From the NCBI GenBank assembly GCA_965243625.1, contig CBDEVI010000002.1, positions 2,339,475 through 2,403,474 of the forward strand: DNA of 64,000 nucleotides, read 5' to 3'. Source of the stretch: Chloroflexota bacterium. GTDB taxonomy: Bacteria > Chloroflexota > UBA11872. A program made the position numbers and the translations under genes. Below are positions 33,621 to 43,467 of the stretch, one piece after another. Positions within the stretch are counted from its first letter, which is position 1. Each line of letters opens with the position of its first letter. The notes under the pieces were generated by a model. That model saw only the letters and a list, made by a program, of their open reading frames with translations, was not told where the DNA came from and did not search any database.

Positions 33621-33873
33621 GCTCTGCCGCTTCTACGGCATCGTCATCCGCATGTACTTCGACGATCACGGACCACCGCACTTTCACGCCCTATATGGTG
33701 GAGACTAAGCCCTAGTGGGTATTGAGACTCTGGCGGTATTGCACGGACGCCTGCCGCCCCGCGCGCACGGCCTTGTGGCCGAATGGGCCGCGCTGCGCCA
33801 AGAGGAGTTGCGGGAAGCCTGGGAACGCGCCCGCCGTCTCGAAGCGCCAGGGAAAATCGCCCCGCTTGAATAA
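33613..33873 (+). pseudogene. DUF4160 gene interrupted by one in-frame TAA
   Basis: Hand translation from GTG at 33613: VPELCRFYGIVIRMYFDDHGPPHFHALYGGD-TAA(33706-33708)-ALVGIETLAVLHGRLPPRAHGLVAEWAALRQEELREAWERARRLEAPGKIAPLE. Both halves match the DUF4160 consensus (FYGIxIxMYxxDHxPPHFH...LP). Each half is under 60 aa, so neither appears in the ORF track. Confidence 0.7.
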
Positions 33874-33922
33874 GCCGCGCGCGCGGCAGACCTAGCGAAA
33901 TCTCAGTCACCGGAGGATCCTC

Positions 33923-34378
33923 ATGGCCTGGAAACACCCAAGCGAACTAGACAACACGGAGGAGCTGGAAGAAGGCTGCGACATCGCCCTCGATTTCGAG
34001 CGGTTCTTCTCCGCCAGCGGCCAGGGCGTGCTGCCGGTCGTGGCCCAGGATGTCGACTCCCACGACGTGCTGGTGCTGGCGCACGTGAACAAAGCTGCCC
34101 TCGACTACACCCTGCGCGAGCGCGTGGCGGCGTTTTGGAGCCTTTCGCGAGACCGCCTGTGGATCAAGGGCGAAACGTCCGGCAACCAACTGGACATGGT
34201 CGACGTGCGCGTGAACTGCGAGCAGAACTCGCTGCTGTATCTCGTCCGCCTGCGCAAGGGCGGCGTGTGCCACACCCTGGAGGACGGGGAGGCGCGGCAC
34301 AGTTGCTACTACCGCCGGATCGAGGGTGACCGGCTGGAGCCGGTGGCGCGCGAGCGCGGGACAAACCTGAACGACTGA
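33923..34378 (+). CDS. hisI: phosphoribosyl-AMP cyclohydrolase
   Basis: ORF 33923..34378(+). LPVVAQD..., WIKGETSGN and the Cys-containing C-terminal motif (VNCEQN...GGVCHT). Confidence 0.85.
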   Translation: MAWKHPSELDNTEELEEGCDIALDFERFFSASGQGVLPVVAQDVDSHDVLVLAHVNKAALDYTLRERVAAFWSLSRDRLWIKGETSGNQLDMVDVRVNCEQNSLLYLVRLRKGGVCHTLEDGEARHSCYYRRIEGDRLEPVARERGTNLND

Positions 34379-34387
34379 CGCGCGTTT

Positions 34388-34417
34388 CGGTGGCCCACGC
34401 TGCGTGCAGCGTGGGAC
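34388..34417. repeat. REP family C hairpin
   Basis: CGGTGGCCCACGCTGCGTGCAGCGTGGGAC, identical over 29 nt to 19539-19567. Confidence 0.65.
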
Positions 34418-34495
34418 TTCCGCGGCTGGAGCTGCTAGCAGGTATCGACGGCGGCATAGACTTGCCCTCAAACCGCTGTCGCAACACCTCGACTC

Positions 34496-35341
34496 ATGCC
34501 CACGTCCGACATGCCACCCGAAATCGCCAAATACATCGGCGAAGACCAGTTCGGTCCGGCCTACCAGATCATGCTGGCCGGCGACGCCCATGCCCCGGGA
34601 TCGGTCGACCGGGTGCTTTGGCAACGCATGGTCCGGCTAGACCCAGCGACCGCCAACTACCTCTATGGGTCCTACACGCCCACCACGCTGCGCTACCGCT
34701 CCGGATCTCGTCCCGAGTTGGAGCGGTTCCTTCGCGCGGCGACCGCCGGCGCCAGGGACCCCGAGGCGATTGTCGACGGCATCGCCCGGTGGTGCGCCGA
34801 CATTGCAGAGGCCGCCGACGAACTGAGCCTCGACGATCTCCGGATGGGCGGCACCGAGGAGGCCATCGTCAAACGCGGCACCGACTGGTGCACCGATTTG
34901 TCCCGGGTTGGCTGCGTCCTATGCCAGGTCGCCGGATTGCCGGCCAGGTTGGTGGGCCTCTTCAACACCGCGGCGGCCTACAGCGGCCATGTGATCGTCG
35001 AAGTGCTGCGCCAAGGACGCTGGGGCTGCGTCGATGTCGTGAACGGGGTCGTCTACCGCCACGATGGCGGCGCCCCGGCATCGGCGTGGGAGCTCCAGCG
35101 CGCCCCGCAGCTGATCGCCGCCCACCGGCGGCTCCACGGAGGCTACGGCTCGCCGGCGCAGTTCCTGGGCGTGGCCATCGTCAACTACTTCGTGTGGGAG
35201 GCCGACCGCTACGACTTCACGGTCAGCGGGCTCAACTCCTACACCCGATCGATCCTGGAGCAGTCCATGCGCGGCTGGCCGGACGGCCTCCGCTGGCTGC
35301 ACGGCGAGGATGAGTTGCCACCGACGAAGCGGACGCCGTAG
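34496..35341 (+). CDS. transglutaminase-like cysteine protease superfamily protein
   Basis: ORF 34496..35341(+). GTDWCTDLSRVGCVLCQVAGLPAR...GHVIVEV...WGCVDV gives the Cys-His-Asp core layout. Confidence 0.75.
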   Translation: MPTSDMPPEIAKYIGEDQFGPAYQIMLAGDAHAPGSVDRVLWQRMVRLDPATANYLYGSYTPTTLRYRSGSRPELERFLRAATAGARDPEAIVDGIARWCADIAEAADELSLDDLRMGGTEEAIVKRGTDWCTDLSRVGCVLCQVAGLPARLVGLFNTAAAYSGHVIVEVLRQGRWGCVDVVNGVVYRHDGGAPASAWELQRAPQLIAAHRRLHGGYGSPAQFLGVAIVNYFVWEADRYDFTVSGLNSYTRSILEQSMRGWPDGLRWLHGEDELPPTKRTP

Positions 35342-35442
35342 TCGCAGAGCGCACCGTCCCGCTGAGCCGGCGGGCCTTGACTCCCCAGCCTTATTCGTAG
35401 GTGGGACGCCGGGCAACGGCTTGACCAATACTGTGACGAGGA

Positions 35443-35814
35443 GTGGAGGTTCCGACTTTGGAGAAGCCGTTGCGAAAGCGCCGGAGCCTCGGTTCGCTGA
35501 CCGCCGCGCTCGACCAGGCAACGACAAAGCAGGCGATGGCTCGAGCTCACTTCGACCTGGCCCTCTTCCACGACAACAACGGGCGGGAAGCCCAGGCAAT
35601 CCCCCATTACCGAAACGCGCTCGCACTCGGCATCGATCCGGGCTTAGAGGCAGAGGCGTACGCCTGGCTGGCGAGCAGCTTGTTCAAGACCGGCTCTCAT
35701 ACGGAGGCCAGCAGCAGCGCGCATCACGCCCTTTGCCTCACGCAGGACCCGGAACTCAAAGGGTTCCTGGTCCGGCTGCTTCGACGTATCGAGCGCGCTG
35801 CAAGCAAGCCATAG
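35443..35814 (+). CDS. small TPR-like repeat protein
   Basis: ORF 35443..35814(+), GTG start. AHFDLALFHDNNGREAQAIPHYRNALALG helix-pair pattern. Confidence 0.55.
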   Translation: MEVPTLEKPLRKRRSLGSLTAALDQATTKQAMARAHFDLALFHDNNGREAQAIPHYRNALALGIDPGLEAEAYAWLASSLFKTGSHTEASSSAHHALCLTQDPELKGFLVRLLRRIERAASKP

Positions 35815-35824
35815 TTGGGCGCGT

Positions 35825-36781
35825 CTACCTGCTGCGGCTGGCGAGCGCCGCCACGCGAATACCGTCTAGCTCCTCAGCCGTGAAAACCCCGGCCCGGAAC
35901 AGGTTCAAGTATTCGTCCGAGACGCTTTGCCCAAACACCGTCAGATCGTCGGAGTTCACCGTCACCGCGACGCCGTGGTCGTGGAGCCGGCGGATCGGAT
36001 GGCCCGCGAGGTCTCCCACCACGCCCAGCATCACGTTGCTGGTCGGACAGACATTGAGTCGCACGCTCCTGTCCGCGAGCCACCGCATGACGTCGGCGCT
36101 GTCGGCGGCGGCGATGCCGTGCTGCACCTCGTCGAGGTCCAACACCTCGACCGTTCGTCGGACGTCTTCGGCGCTGCCGAACTCGCCCACGTGCGCCTTG
36201 AGCAGCATTCCCTGGGCGCGCGCCTGCGCGTAGAGCGGCTGCACATCCTCGGGGGCGCAGGCGTCCTCGGTGCTGTAGAGATCAATCGAGGTAAAGAAGT
36301 CGGACGCCACGGCCTCGGCGGCGTGGTCCATGAGTGTGGCGTTGGATGGGTAGCGTCGCGAGATGCCGAGCTCCGGCCGCAGCCGAATGCAGTCCTGGAA
36401 CTGCTCGACCAATGACCGAATGAAGCGGAGATGGCCGTCGAGGCCGTCCGAGTAGCGGGGCGCCGGCCAGATATCGAAGCTCATCTCGAACACGGACACG
36501 CCGTCGTCGACGGCATCGGCCACGGCCACCTCAGCCGCAAGCTCCGCGCCTTCAACGGTGCCGACATGGGGATCGATGGCCAGCCGCAGGTACTCCTGGA
36601 ACTCCCCCAGGCCGTTCATGCGGCTCGGCGGTCTCAGCAGCGCGTGGCCAAGCCGTCGCTCGAGGCTCTCGATGCGGGCGCTGATGTACCCGTGCGCGTG
36701 GAGGTCGGTCTTCGGAAAGCTTCTAACAGCCGCGGCATCGCCGGCGCGCAGCGCCTCCGCGAAGCCTTCGCCGGCGCCCAT
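35825..36781 (-). CDS. adenosine/adenine deaminase family amidohydrolase
   Basis: ORF 35825..36913(-). PKTDLHAHG metal motif, HVGEFG and VTVNSDD. Start set at Met 45. Confidence 0.8.
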   Translation of the reverse strand: MGAGEGFAEALRAGDAAAVRSFPKTDLHAHGYISARIESLERRLGHALLRPPSRMNGLGEFQEYLRLAIDPHVGTVEGAELAAEVAVADAVDDGVSVFEMSFDIWPAPRYSDGLDGHLRFIRSLVEQFQDCIRLRPELGISRRYPSNATLMDHAAEAVASDFFTSIDLYSTEDACAPEDVQPLYAQARAQGMLLKAHVGEFGSAEDVRRTVEVLDLDEVQHGIAAADSADVMRWLADRSVRLNVCPTSNVMLGVVGDLAGHPIRRLHDHGVAVTVNSDDLTVFGQSVSDEYLNLFRAGVFTAEELDGIRVAALASRSR

Positions 36782-36949
36782 TCGCCCATAACTCCAGCGA
36801 TCGGCCGATTCAGACCACCATAGCCCCGTGACTCGAGCCGCCGTGGGTACTGGGTGATTCCTACACCCGACCCACATCGATCGGGCGCCGCGCACGTGCT
36901 TCCCGGGCTGCACGCAGCCCGGGCCACCGGACGCCGCCTCTGACGCGAG

Positions 36950-37852
36950 CTAGCCTGCGCTCTCGGGCCTCTCGCCGATGGCATCCAGCCGGCGCTTGGC
37001 CTCGGCGTAGACATCCGGGGCCAGGGGACCGCGCCGCTCCGTCTCCAGGTTTTCCCGCAGGTGGGCCGGGTTCTTGGTGCCCACGATGATCGTGTGCACG
37101 TCCGGGTGGCTCAGCGTGTAGCGCAGCATGAAGGCCGTGCGGCTCTCGCCTTCGGCGCGCAGCTCGTCAAGATTGGCCTGCTCGAATTTGTCCCAGGCAT
37201 CGGCCCGGCCGCCGCCTTCGCCCGGCTCGCCCTTCTGCACGCCCCCGCGGATCACGGTCCCGATCCCGGCTTGAGCCGACGCGCTGATCCACGCCTCGTG
37301 CTCGCGGTTGAGCGCCGAATAGGGAATCTGAAAGAGATCGAACGACCCCCACTCAACGAAGGTCGGCAGGTTCGGCACCGAGGTCGACGTCGCGATGTGC
37401 CGTACCTTGCCCTGCTCGCGCATGGCGTTCAGCGTGTCCACCACGCCCTCGCGCTCGCACTCCTCGACGGACGCGCCGTGCAGCTGCATCACGTCGACGT
37501 AGTCGGTCCGCAGCAACTCCAGGCTCTGCTCCAGCCCGCGCATCAGGTTCTCGCGCGTCCAGACGTGCTGACCGCCGGCGGGTCCCACGCAGCCGCACTT
37601 GGTGGCCAGGAAATACTCGTCCCGACGGTCGGCGATGAACCGGCCGATCAGCTCCTCACTCCGCCCGTAGTCGTTGGACGTGTCGATATAGGTGATCCCG
37701 GCGTCGAGCACCGCCGCGAGGATGGCCTCCGCCTCGGCATCGCTGGTGGGGCGCCCGCGCGTCCCGCCGCGGATTTCCATCGCGCCGAATCCCAGGCGCG
37801 TCACTTCCAGACCCGTTCGTCCCAACGTCGCGGTCGCCAGTTGCTCGGCCAT
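36950..37852 (-). CDS. aldo/keto reductase
   Basis: ORF 36950..37927(-). LGRTGLEVTRLGFGAMEI and IDTSNDYG motifs. Start set at Met 26. Confidence 0.9.
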   Translation of the reverse strand: MAEQLATATLGRTGLEVTRLGFGAMEIRGGTRGRPTSDAEAEAILAAVLDAGITYIDTSNDYGRSEELIGRFIADRRDEYFLATKCGCVGPAGGQHVWTRENLMRGLEQSLELLRTDYVDVMQLHGASVEECEREGVVDTLNAMREQGKVRHIATSTSVPNLPTFVEWGSFDLFQIPYSALNREHEAWISASAQAGIGTVIRGGVQKGEPGEGGGRADAWDKFEQANLDELRAEGESRTAFMLRYTLSHPDVHTIIVGTKNPAHLRENLETERRGPLAPDVYAEAKRRLDAIGERPESAG

Positions 37853-37946
37853 GACTTCTCCAATGGTGTGGTGCGTCGCTCGCCGGACTCGGCTCACGGT
37901 ACCCCGCACGACCTGACTCCCGCGCACCGCTCACGGCCATCCCTCG

Positions 37947-38072
37947 TCACCCCGGCGAAAGCCGGGGGCCAGGGTCGTGGCAACGACCAAGACGCGGCAC
38001 GGCCGCGCTCGGGGGCACTGGATACCGGCCCCATATCAAGTACGGGACAGACTCTCCGCCGGAGTAACGGAC
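37947..38072. repeat. REP cluster (family A variant plus inverted family B copy)
   Basis: GTCACCCCGGCGAAAGCCGGGGGCC, followed by the reverse complement of GTCCGTTACTCCGGCGGAGAGTCTGTCCCGTACTTGATATGGGGCCGGTATCCAG (compare 43230-43283). Confidence 0.55.
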
Positions 38073-38080
38073 GGGGGTGA

Positions 38081-40474
38081 CTACCGCGCCCGCGCCCCCT
38101 CGCGCGAGACCGCGATCACGCCGCGGACGGTCTCGATGCGCCGCAGCAGGCGGGCCAGCTGGGCCACGCTGCGCAGCGCCACGGTGAGCCGGAAGGTGGC
38201 CTCGTGCCGCCGGTTGGTGCGCACCGACATGGTGGCAATGTTGAGTCCTTCTTCGCGGATGATCCCCGTGATGTCGTGCGTCAGCCCTTCGCGGTCGTGC
38301 GCCACCACGCGGATGCTGACCGGCAGGCTTTGCGTGTCGTCCTCGATCCAGCGCACCGGCACCCGCGCGTCGGTCTCGCCCGCCAGCTCGCGGCACGTGC
38401 GCCGGTGCACCTCCACCGCGCCGTTCTTGGCCACGCCTTCGATGCGTCGGCCGAGCCTCGGCGTGCAGCAGCTCGCCAGTCGGACGGGAAGGTCGGTATC
38501 CGTCTCGACCAGCCGGTCGGCCCACGACACGGGCACCAGGCGCTCGGGCTCGGACACGTTGCGCACGTTGGCGCAGCTGCGGCGGTGGATGCTGACCCCG
38601 TGGCCGCGGGTGATGAACCCCACGATGTCGTCGCCGGGCAGCGGATGGCAGCAGGCCGCCACGCGCGTGAGCAGATTGCCCGCGCCCAGCACGTTGACCA
38701 GCGGCTGCACCTCGCGCCGCTCGTCCGGTTCCAGCATTTCCGGCAGCTCCGGCTCCGCCACCTCCGGGGTGAGCCGTAGCCGCGTCACGACCTGGTGCAC
38801 CGTGGTGGCGCCGTAGCCCACGCCGGCCAGCAGGCTCTCGACGTCCAGGTAGCCGAGCGCGGTGGCGATCGCCTTCAGATCGGCGTCCGGCACGTTCGCG
38901 ACCCCGCCCTGACCCACGCGCCGCAACTCCCGGTCGAGCAACGCGCGGCCCGAGACGACGTTTTCGGCCTTTTCGTGCCGCTTGAACCAGCGGCGAATCT
39001 TGTCGCGGGCATGCGCCGTGCGCACTTGCGACAGCCACGCCCGGCTGGGCCCCTTGCTGCTGGTGCTGGTCAGAATCTCCACCACGTCGCCGTTCTCCAG
39101 CTCGTGGTCCAGCGGCACGAGGCGGCGGTTGACCTTGGCCCCGATGCAGGAGTGGCCCACGTCGCTGTGGATGCGATAGGCAAAGTCCAGCGGCGTGCTG
39201 CCTATGGGAAAGTCCTTGACCTCGCCCTTGGGCGTGAAGACGAACACGGTGTCGCTGAAAAAGTCGGTCTTGACGGCGTCCACGAATGCCCCCGCCGAGT
39301 CGCCGTCCTCCTGCCAGCTGAGGATCTGCCGAATCCACGCCAGCTTGTCCAGGAAGGCCTCGGGCCCAAGCGGGCCGCCCTCCTTGTAGCGCCAGTGCGC
39401 CGCCACGCCGTACTCCGCGTTTTGGTGCATCTCGCGCGTGCGGATTTGCACCTCGACCGGCTTGCCGTCGGGCCCCAGCACGGCGGTGTGCAGGGACTGG
39501 TAGCCGTTTTCCTTGGGCGCCGATATGTAGTCGTCGAACTCGACCGGGATATGGCGCCAGGCCCCGTGCACCACACCCAGCGCGCCATAGCAGTCCTGCT
39601 GGGAGTTCACGATCACGCGGATGGCCAGAATGTCGTAGATCGACTCGCGGTCGGCGCCCTTGCGCCGAATCTTCCGCTCGATGCTGTAGATGTGCTTGAC
39701 CCGGCTCTGGATGTGGGCGTCGATGCCCGCGTCGTCCAGGCCGTGGCGCAACTGCTCCTGCACCTCGGCGATGGCGGCCTCGCGCGCGCGCCGCTCGGCC
39801 AGCAGCCAGCGGGCCAGGTCGCGGTAGCGGTCGGGGTCCAGCAGCTTGAGCGCGTAGTCCTCCAGCTGCCAGCGCCATTCCTCGATGCCCAGGCGCCCGG
39901 CCAACGGCGCGAAGATCTCCAGCGTCTCCTGCCCATACCTGGCGCGCTTCTCCGCCGAAAACACCCAGGCGGTGCGCACGTTGTGCAGCCGGTCGGCGAG
40001 CTTGATCAGCACCACGCGCACGTCGCGCGCCATGGCCAGCAGCACCTTGCGCAGGTTTTGCGCCTGCTGCTCGTCCAGGCTCGCCACGGTGACGCGCTCC
40101 AGCTTGGTCACCCCATCGACCAGTTCCGCCACTCCGCTCCCGAACTGCCGCCGGATCACCTCCAGGCTCAGGCTGGTGTCCTCGACCGCGTCGTGCAGCA
40201 GACCGGCGGCGACGGTATCGGCATCGAGGTGCAGATCGGCCACCAGCATGGCCACCGCCAGCACGTGCTGGATGTAGGGCTCGCCCGACAGCCGCTTCTG
40301 CGGCGCGTGCGCCCGCTCGGCGGCGTCGTAGGCGCGGCGGATGAGCTCGCCGGTCTCGGGCTGATCGTCGGCGGGCGTGTAGGCGGCGACCCGCTCCAGC
40401 AGCTCGTCGATGGCCAGCGCGGGCGTGTCCCCACTCACCATCGGCGCCAGGGTGGCCGTCACGGATACCGGCAT
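38081..40474 (-). CDS. relA: bifunctional (p)ppGpp synthetase/hydrolase, RelA/SpoT homologue
   Basis: ORF 38081..40474(-), 797 aa. HD hydrolase motif (LLHDAVEDT), synthetase domain (YQSLHTAV), and TGS and ACT regions. Confidence 0.95.
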   Translation of the reverse strand: MPVSVTATLAPMVSGDTPALAIDELLERVAAYTPADDQPETGELIRRAYDAAERAHAPQKRLSGEPYIQHVLAVAMLVADLHLDADTVAAGLLHDAVEDTSLSLEVIRRQFGSGVAELVDGVTKLERVTVASLDEQQAQNLRKVLLAMARDVRVVLIKLADRLHNVRTAWVFSAEKRARYGQETLEIFAPLAGRLGIEEWRWQLEDYALKLLDPDRYRDLARWLLAERRAREAAIAEVQEQLRHGLDDAGIDAHIQSRVKHIYSIERKIRRKGADRESIYDILAIRVIVNSQQDCYGALGVVHGAWRHIPVEFDDYISAPKENGYQSLHTAVLGPDGKPVEVQIRTREMHQNAEYGVAAHWRYKEGGPLGPEAFLDKLAWIRQILSWQEDGDSAGAFVDAVKTDFFSDTVFVFTPKGEVKDFPIGSTPLDFAYRIHSDVGHSCIGAKVNRRLVPLDHELENGDVVEILTSTSSKGPSRAWLSQVRTAHARDKIRRWFKRHEKAENVVSGRALLDRELRRVGQGGVANVPDADLKAIATALGYLDVESLLAGVGYGATTVHQVVTRLRLTPEVAEPELPEMLEPDERREVQPLVNVLGAGNLLTRVAACCHPLPGDDIVGFITRGHGVSIHRRSCANVRNVSEPERLVPVSWADRLVETDTDLPVRLASCCTPRLGRRIEGVAKNGAVEVHRRTCRELAGETDARVPVRWIEDDTQSLPVSIRVVAHDREGLTHDITGIIREEGLNIATMSVRTNRRHEATFRLTVALRSVAQLARLLRRIETVRGVIAVSREGARAR

Positions 40475-40486
40475 GCGACGCCTCCG

Positions 40487-42175
40487 CTAGGCCGCCGTGT
40501 GGCGGATGTCGTCGATGAGCATTTGCAGCCGCGTTTCGTCGTTGAACGTCCGCAGGTTCAGACGGAACGCGACGTCGCAGCGCCGGCCCGGCGGAAGCTC
40601 GTGGCGCAGATCCGCCTGTCCGAACCAGATGCCCTCCACATCCGCGCCCAGCTCCGCAAAGCGCAGCACGAGATGCGTCGAGCCCACGACCCGCGTTTCG
40701 TCGATGGCCACATTTTCCACCACGAAGCGCGGTTCGGCATGCGCCTCGCCGAACGGACCCAGCTGCTGGGTTAACTCATAGGTCTCCCAGGTCACGGTGC
40801 GCGGATAGACACGGCAGTCGGCGTCCAACCGCGGCTCCGCCGGCACCTGGACGCCCGCCCGCTCCAGCTCTGCCGCCAATCCGTCGCGCAGCGCATCCAC
40901 GCGCTCGGGTCGCACGCTGAACCCGGCAGCCTGGGCATGCCCGCCCCAGGCGTCGAGCAAATTCGCCTGCGTTCCGAGGACATCGGCCAGCACCACGCCG
41001 TCCGGCGCCCGCGCCGATCCGCGCACGACGCCGTTCACATGCGCCCCCACGAATGCCGGCAGCCCCGTCTGTTCCACCAGGCGGCCCGCCGCCAGCCCGA
41101 CGACGCCCAGCGGAAACTCGTCACCGATGGCAAATACCAACGGCTGCGCCGGGTCGATCTGCGCCGCGGCCGCGTCGATCACCAGCTGGGTCAAACGCCG
41201 GCGCTCGATGTTCAGATTGTCGAGCTCGTGCGCCAGCGATTCGGCCTCCACGGTGTGACCGGCTCGCAGCAGCTGCAGCGCCAGATCGGCGCGCGCCAGG
41301 CGGCCGGCGGCATTGAGCCGCGGGGCGTAGCCGAAGGCAATGTCCGCGGCGCCGACGCGTGAGACTGGGCGACGGGCGATCTCGCCCAACGCATGCAGGC
41401 CGCGGCGTTGGGTTTGGCGCAGCGCTTCGAGTCCCTCGGCCACGAACGTGCGATTCTCATCCCGCAGCGGCGCCATGTCCGCCACGGTCCCCAGGGCCAC
41501 GAGATCGAGAAACTCCTCGGGATAGGGCAGCCGCTCCGGCAATTCCTCCGCCAGCGCCTGCACCAGCTTGTAGGCCACGCCCACGCCGGAGAGCCCCGGA
41601 AACGGATAGGCGCCGCCCGGCTGATTGGGGTTCAGCACCGCCGCCGCGCCGCTGTCGGCGCCGTCGCCCGGATGGTGGTCCGTGACGATGGTGTCGATCC
41701 CGTGCGACCGCGCGCGCGCAATCTCATCGGCGCTGCCGATCCCACAGTCCACCGTCACCATGAGTCCGGGACCCTGCGCGCCGATGGCGTCAACCGCGTC
41801 GTGGTTGAGACCGTAGCCCTCGGTCAGCCGCTCCGGGATGTAGGGCGTGGCCGCGGCGCCGAGCATTTCGAAGGTCTCAAGCAGCAGCGCGGTGCCGGTG
41901 ACGCCGTCGACGTCGTAGTCGCCGTAGACGTAGACGCGCTCGCCCTGCGCCAGCGCCTGCGTCACGCGAGCCACCGCCGCATCCATGCCGTCGAGCAGGT
42001 AGGGATCGTGGGGCGGCAGCGGACCGTCCAGGAACTCGCGAATCGCCGCCTCGTCGCCGTAGCCCCGGTTGTGAAGCAGCTGCACCGCCAGCGGCGGCAC
42101 GTCCTCCAGCCGCGCAAACAGCTCCTTCGGCGCGCGGCGGCGAATGTCCCACGCCGCGCCCGTGAGGCTGCTCAT
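40487..42175 (-). CDS. recJ: single-stranded-DNA-specific exonuclease RecJ
   Basis: ORF 40487..42298(-). DHH motifs (VYGDYDVDGVT, TVDCGI, IVTDHH). Start set at Met 42. Confidence 0.9.
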   Translation of the reverse strand: MSSLTGAAWDIRRRAPKELFARLEDVPPLAVQLLHNRGYGDEAAIREFLDGPLPPHDPYLLDGMDAAVARVTQALAQGERVYVYGDYDVDGVTGTALLLETFEMLGAAATPYIPERLTEGYGLNHDAVDAIGAQGPGLMVTVDCGIGSADEIARARSHGIDTIVTDHHPGDGADSGAAAVLNPNQPGGAYPFPGLSGVGVAYKLVQALAEELPERLPYPEEFLDLVALGTVADMAPLRDENRTFVAEGLEALRQTQRRGLHALGEIARRPVSRVGAADIAFGYAPRLNAAGRLARADLALQLLRAGHTVEAESLAHELDNLNIERRRLTQLVIDAAAAQIDPAQPLVFAIGDEFPLGVVGLAAGRLVEQTGLPAFVGAHVNGVVRGSARAPDGVVLADVLGTQANLLDAWGGHAQAAGFSVRPERVDALRDGLAAELERAGVQVPAEPRLDADCRVYPRTVTWETYELTQQLGPFGEAHAEPRFVVENVAIDETRVVGSTHLVLRFAELGADVEGIWFGQADLRHELPPGRRCDVAFRLNLRTFNDETRLQMLIDDIRHTAA

Positions 42176-42365
42176 GCCGAAGGGTCCAGGGGCCACACAG
42201 ACCGTAGGGTACCCGCACGATGCTCCTGCCGACCTGCCAATCCCGCCCGTCGTGCCCCGGGTGCGTCTGGGTGATGTCCGGCAATTGCACCCTCTCAACC
42301 TCTAGCGCTTCTCGGTTTGAGTAAACTGGGCGCCGCGAACGCCCCTGGACTCTCGCCTGGACGCT

Positions 42366-43151
42366 ATGGCTGCCGAAGAACAAAGTCGTCATACGAAGCC
42401 GACTGTTCTACCTGACACTATCCCGAACGAAGACGAGATAGCGCCGGCTACAGACATTAGCTTTGTTGTTCACCCATCGACTTGGGAGTTTATTCGCGAA
42501 CGATTGGACGCTGGCGGTCGCATTCTCGATGTGGGGTGTGGCAACGGAACATTCCTGTGGAATGTTGAGAACCGTACGTCTTCGAAAGGATATGGCCTGG
42601 ATCTTTCGCGCTCCAGAGCAAGGACGGCGGCAGCCACGGTACCTAGCGGACGCATCGTAAACGCCGATGGCGCACGAGCGCCTTTCCCTTCGGGGTCTTT
42701 CGATATGATCGCGTGCTTTCAAGTCATCGAGCATATTGTCGATCGCCAAGGTTTCTTGGCTGGATTGTACGAGATGCTCAAGCCTGGAGGCATGCTGGTT
42801 ATCTCATCCATACGACGCGGAAAGCGTCGCTGGTACTTCCTGCGAAACGAGCAGGGAGAGTTTGTCTTGGATAAAGGACATGTGTACGAGTTTGGTTCGC
42901 TCGATGAGTTTAATCGTCTCATTCTTTCTGCACACGATTCCCCACCCTTAGCCATCGTTCGTTCTTTCGAATACCAGGTGCGCTTCTCCGCTCTGGATTT
43001 CTTTCTCAGACGGCTGCATCGGGTGTTTCGGACCTCATTTACGCGAGCGTTTCCCGCCAGCCGGATTGGGATGGCGTTGCGGAAAGCTTCCCGCGTGCCA
43101 ATTCCGGGGTATTTCAGCACGGACGTGGTCGCGGTGCGAAGGGACCCCTGA
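42366..43151 (+). CDS. class I SAM-dependent methyltransferase (about 50% GC)
   Basis: ORF 42366..43151(+). ILDVGCGNGTF motif I. Two 60-nt samples gave 52% and 48% GC. Confidence 0.85.
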   Translation: MAAEEQSRHTKPTVLPDTIPNEDEIAPATDISFVVHPSTWEFIRERLDAGGRILDVGCGNGTFLWNVENRTSSKGYGLDLSRSRARTAAATVPSGRIVNADGARAPFPSGSFDMIACFQVIEHIVDRQGFLAGLYEMLKPGGMLVISSIRRGKRRWYFLRNEQGEFVLDKGHVYEFGSLDEFNRLILSAHDSPPLAIVRSFEYQVRFSALDFFLRRLHRVFRTSFTRAFPASRIGMALRKASRVPIPGYFSTDVVAVRRDP

Positions 43152-43229
43152 GCGCGAGCCGCATCGACGCGTTGAGGTCTGCCGCGGGTTCGTAAGCTTC
43201 ACAAGGCGCTAGTGGGGCATTTTGACTCC

Positions 43230-43283
43230 GTCATTCCGGCGGAGAGCCTGCCCCGTACTTGATACGGGGCCCGAATCCAGGTC
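43230..43283. repeat. REP family B element
   Basis: GTCATTCCGGCGGAGAGCCTGCCCCGTACTTGATACGGGGCCCGAATCCAGGTC. Copies at 46989-47039 and 38016-38070 (inverted), and a partial copy at 55686-55715. Confidence 0.65.
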
Positions 43284-43467
43284 CGCACGTCGCCTGACGA
43301 ATTGAGAGCACGCGCCAGTGGTGGGGCCTCATGCTGCGGCGCAGAGGCAAAGTGACTCATCACCCGCAAGGCGCCGCTGACTGGGCCGAGCGGACCGGCG
43401 CGTCGCTTGCCCTTCGTTGGTGATGGGCTGTGGGACCGTGCGGCGGGAGCTAGGGTATGTCCGACGG

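Noticed and set aside
37947-40774. 643-aa (minus, alternative frame) and 659-aa (plus) ORFs overlapping the rel gene
   Set aside because: Same reasoning: extreme Arg/Gly/Pro content. The third frame encodes a complete RelA/SpoT homologue with HD, synthetase, TGS and ACT regions.
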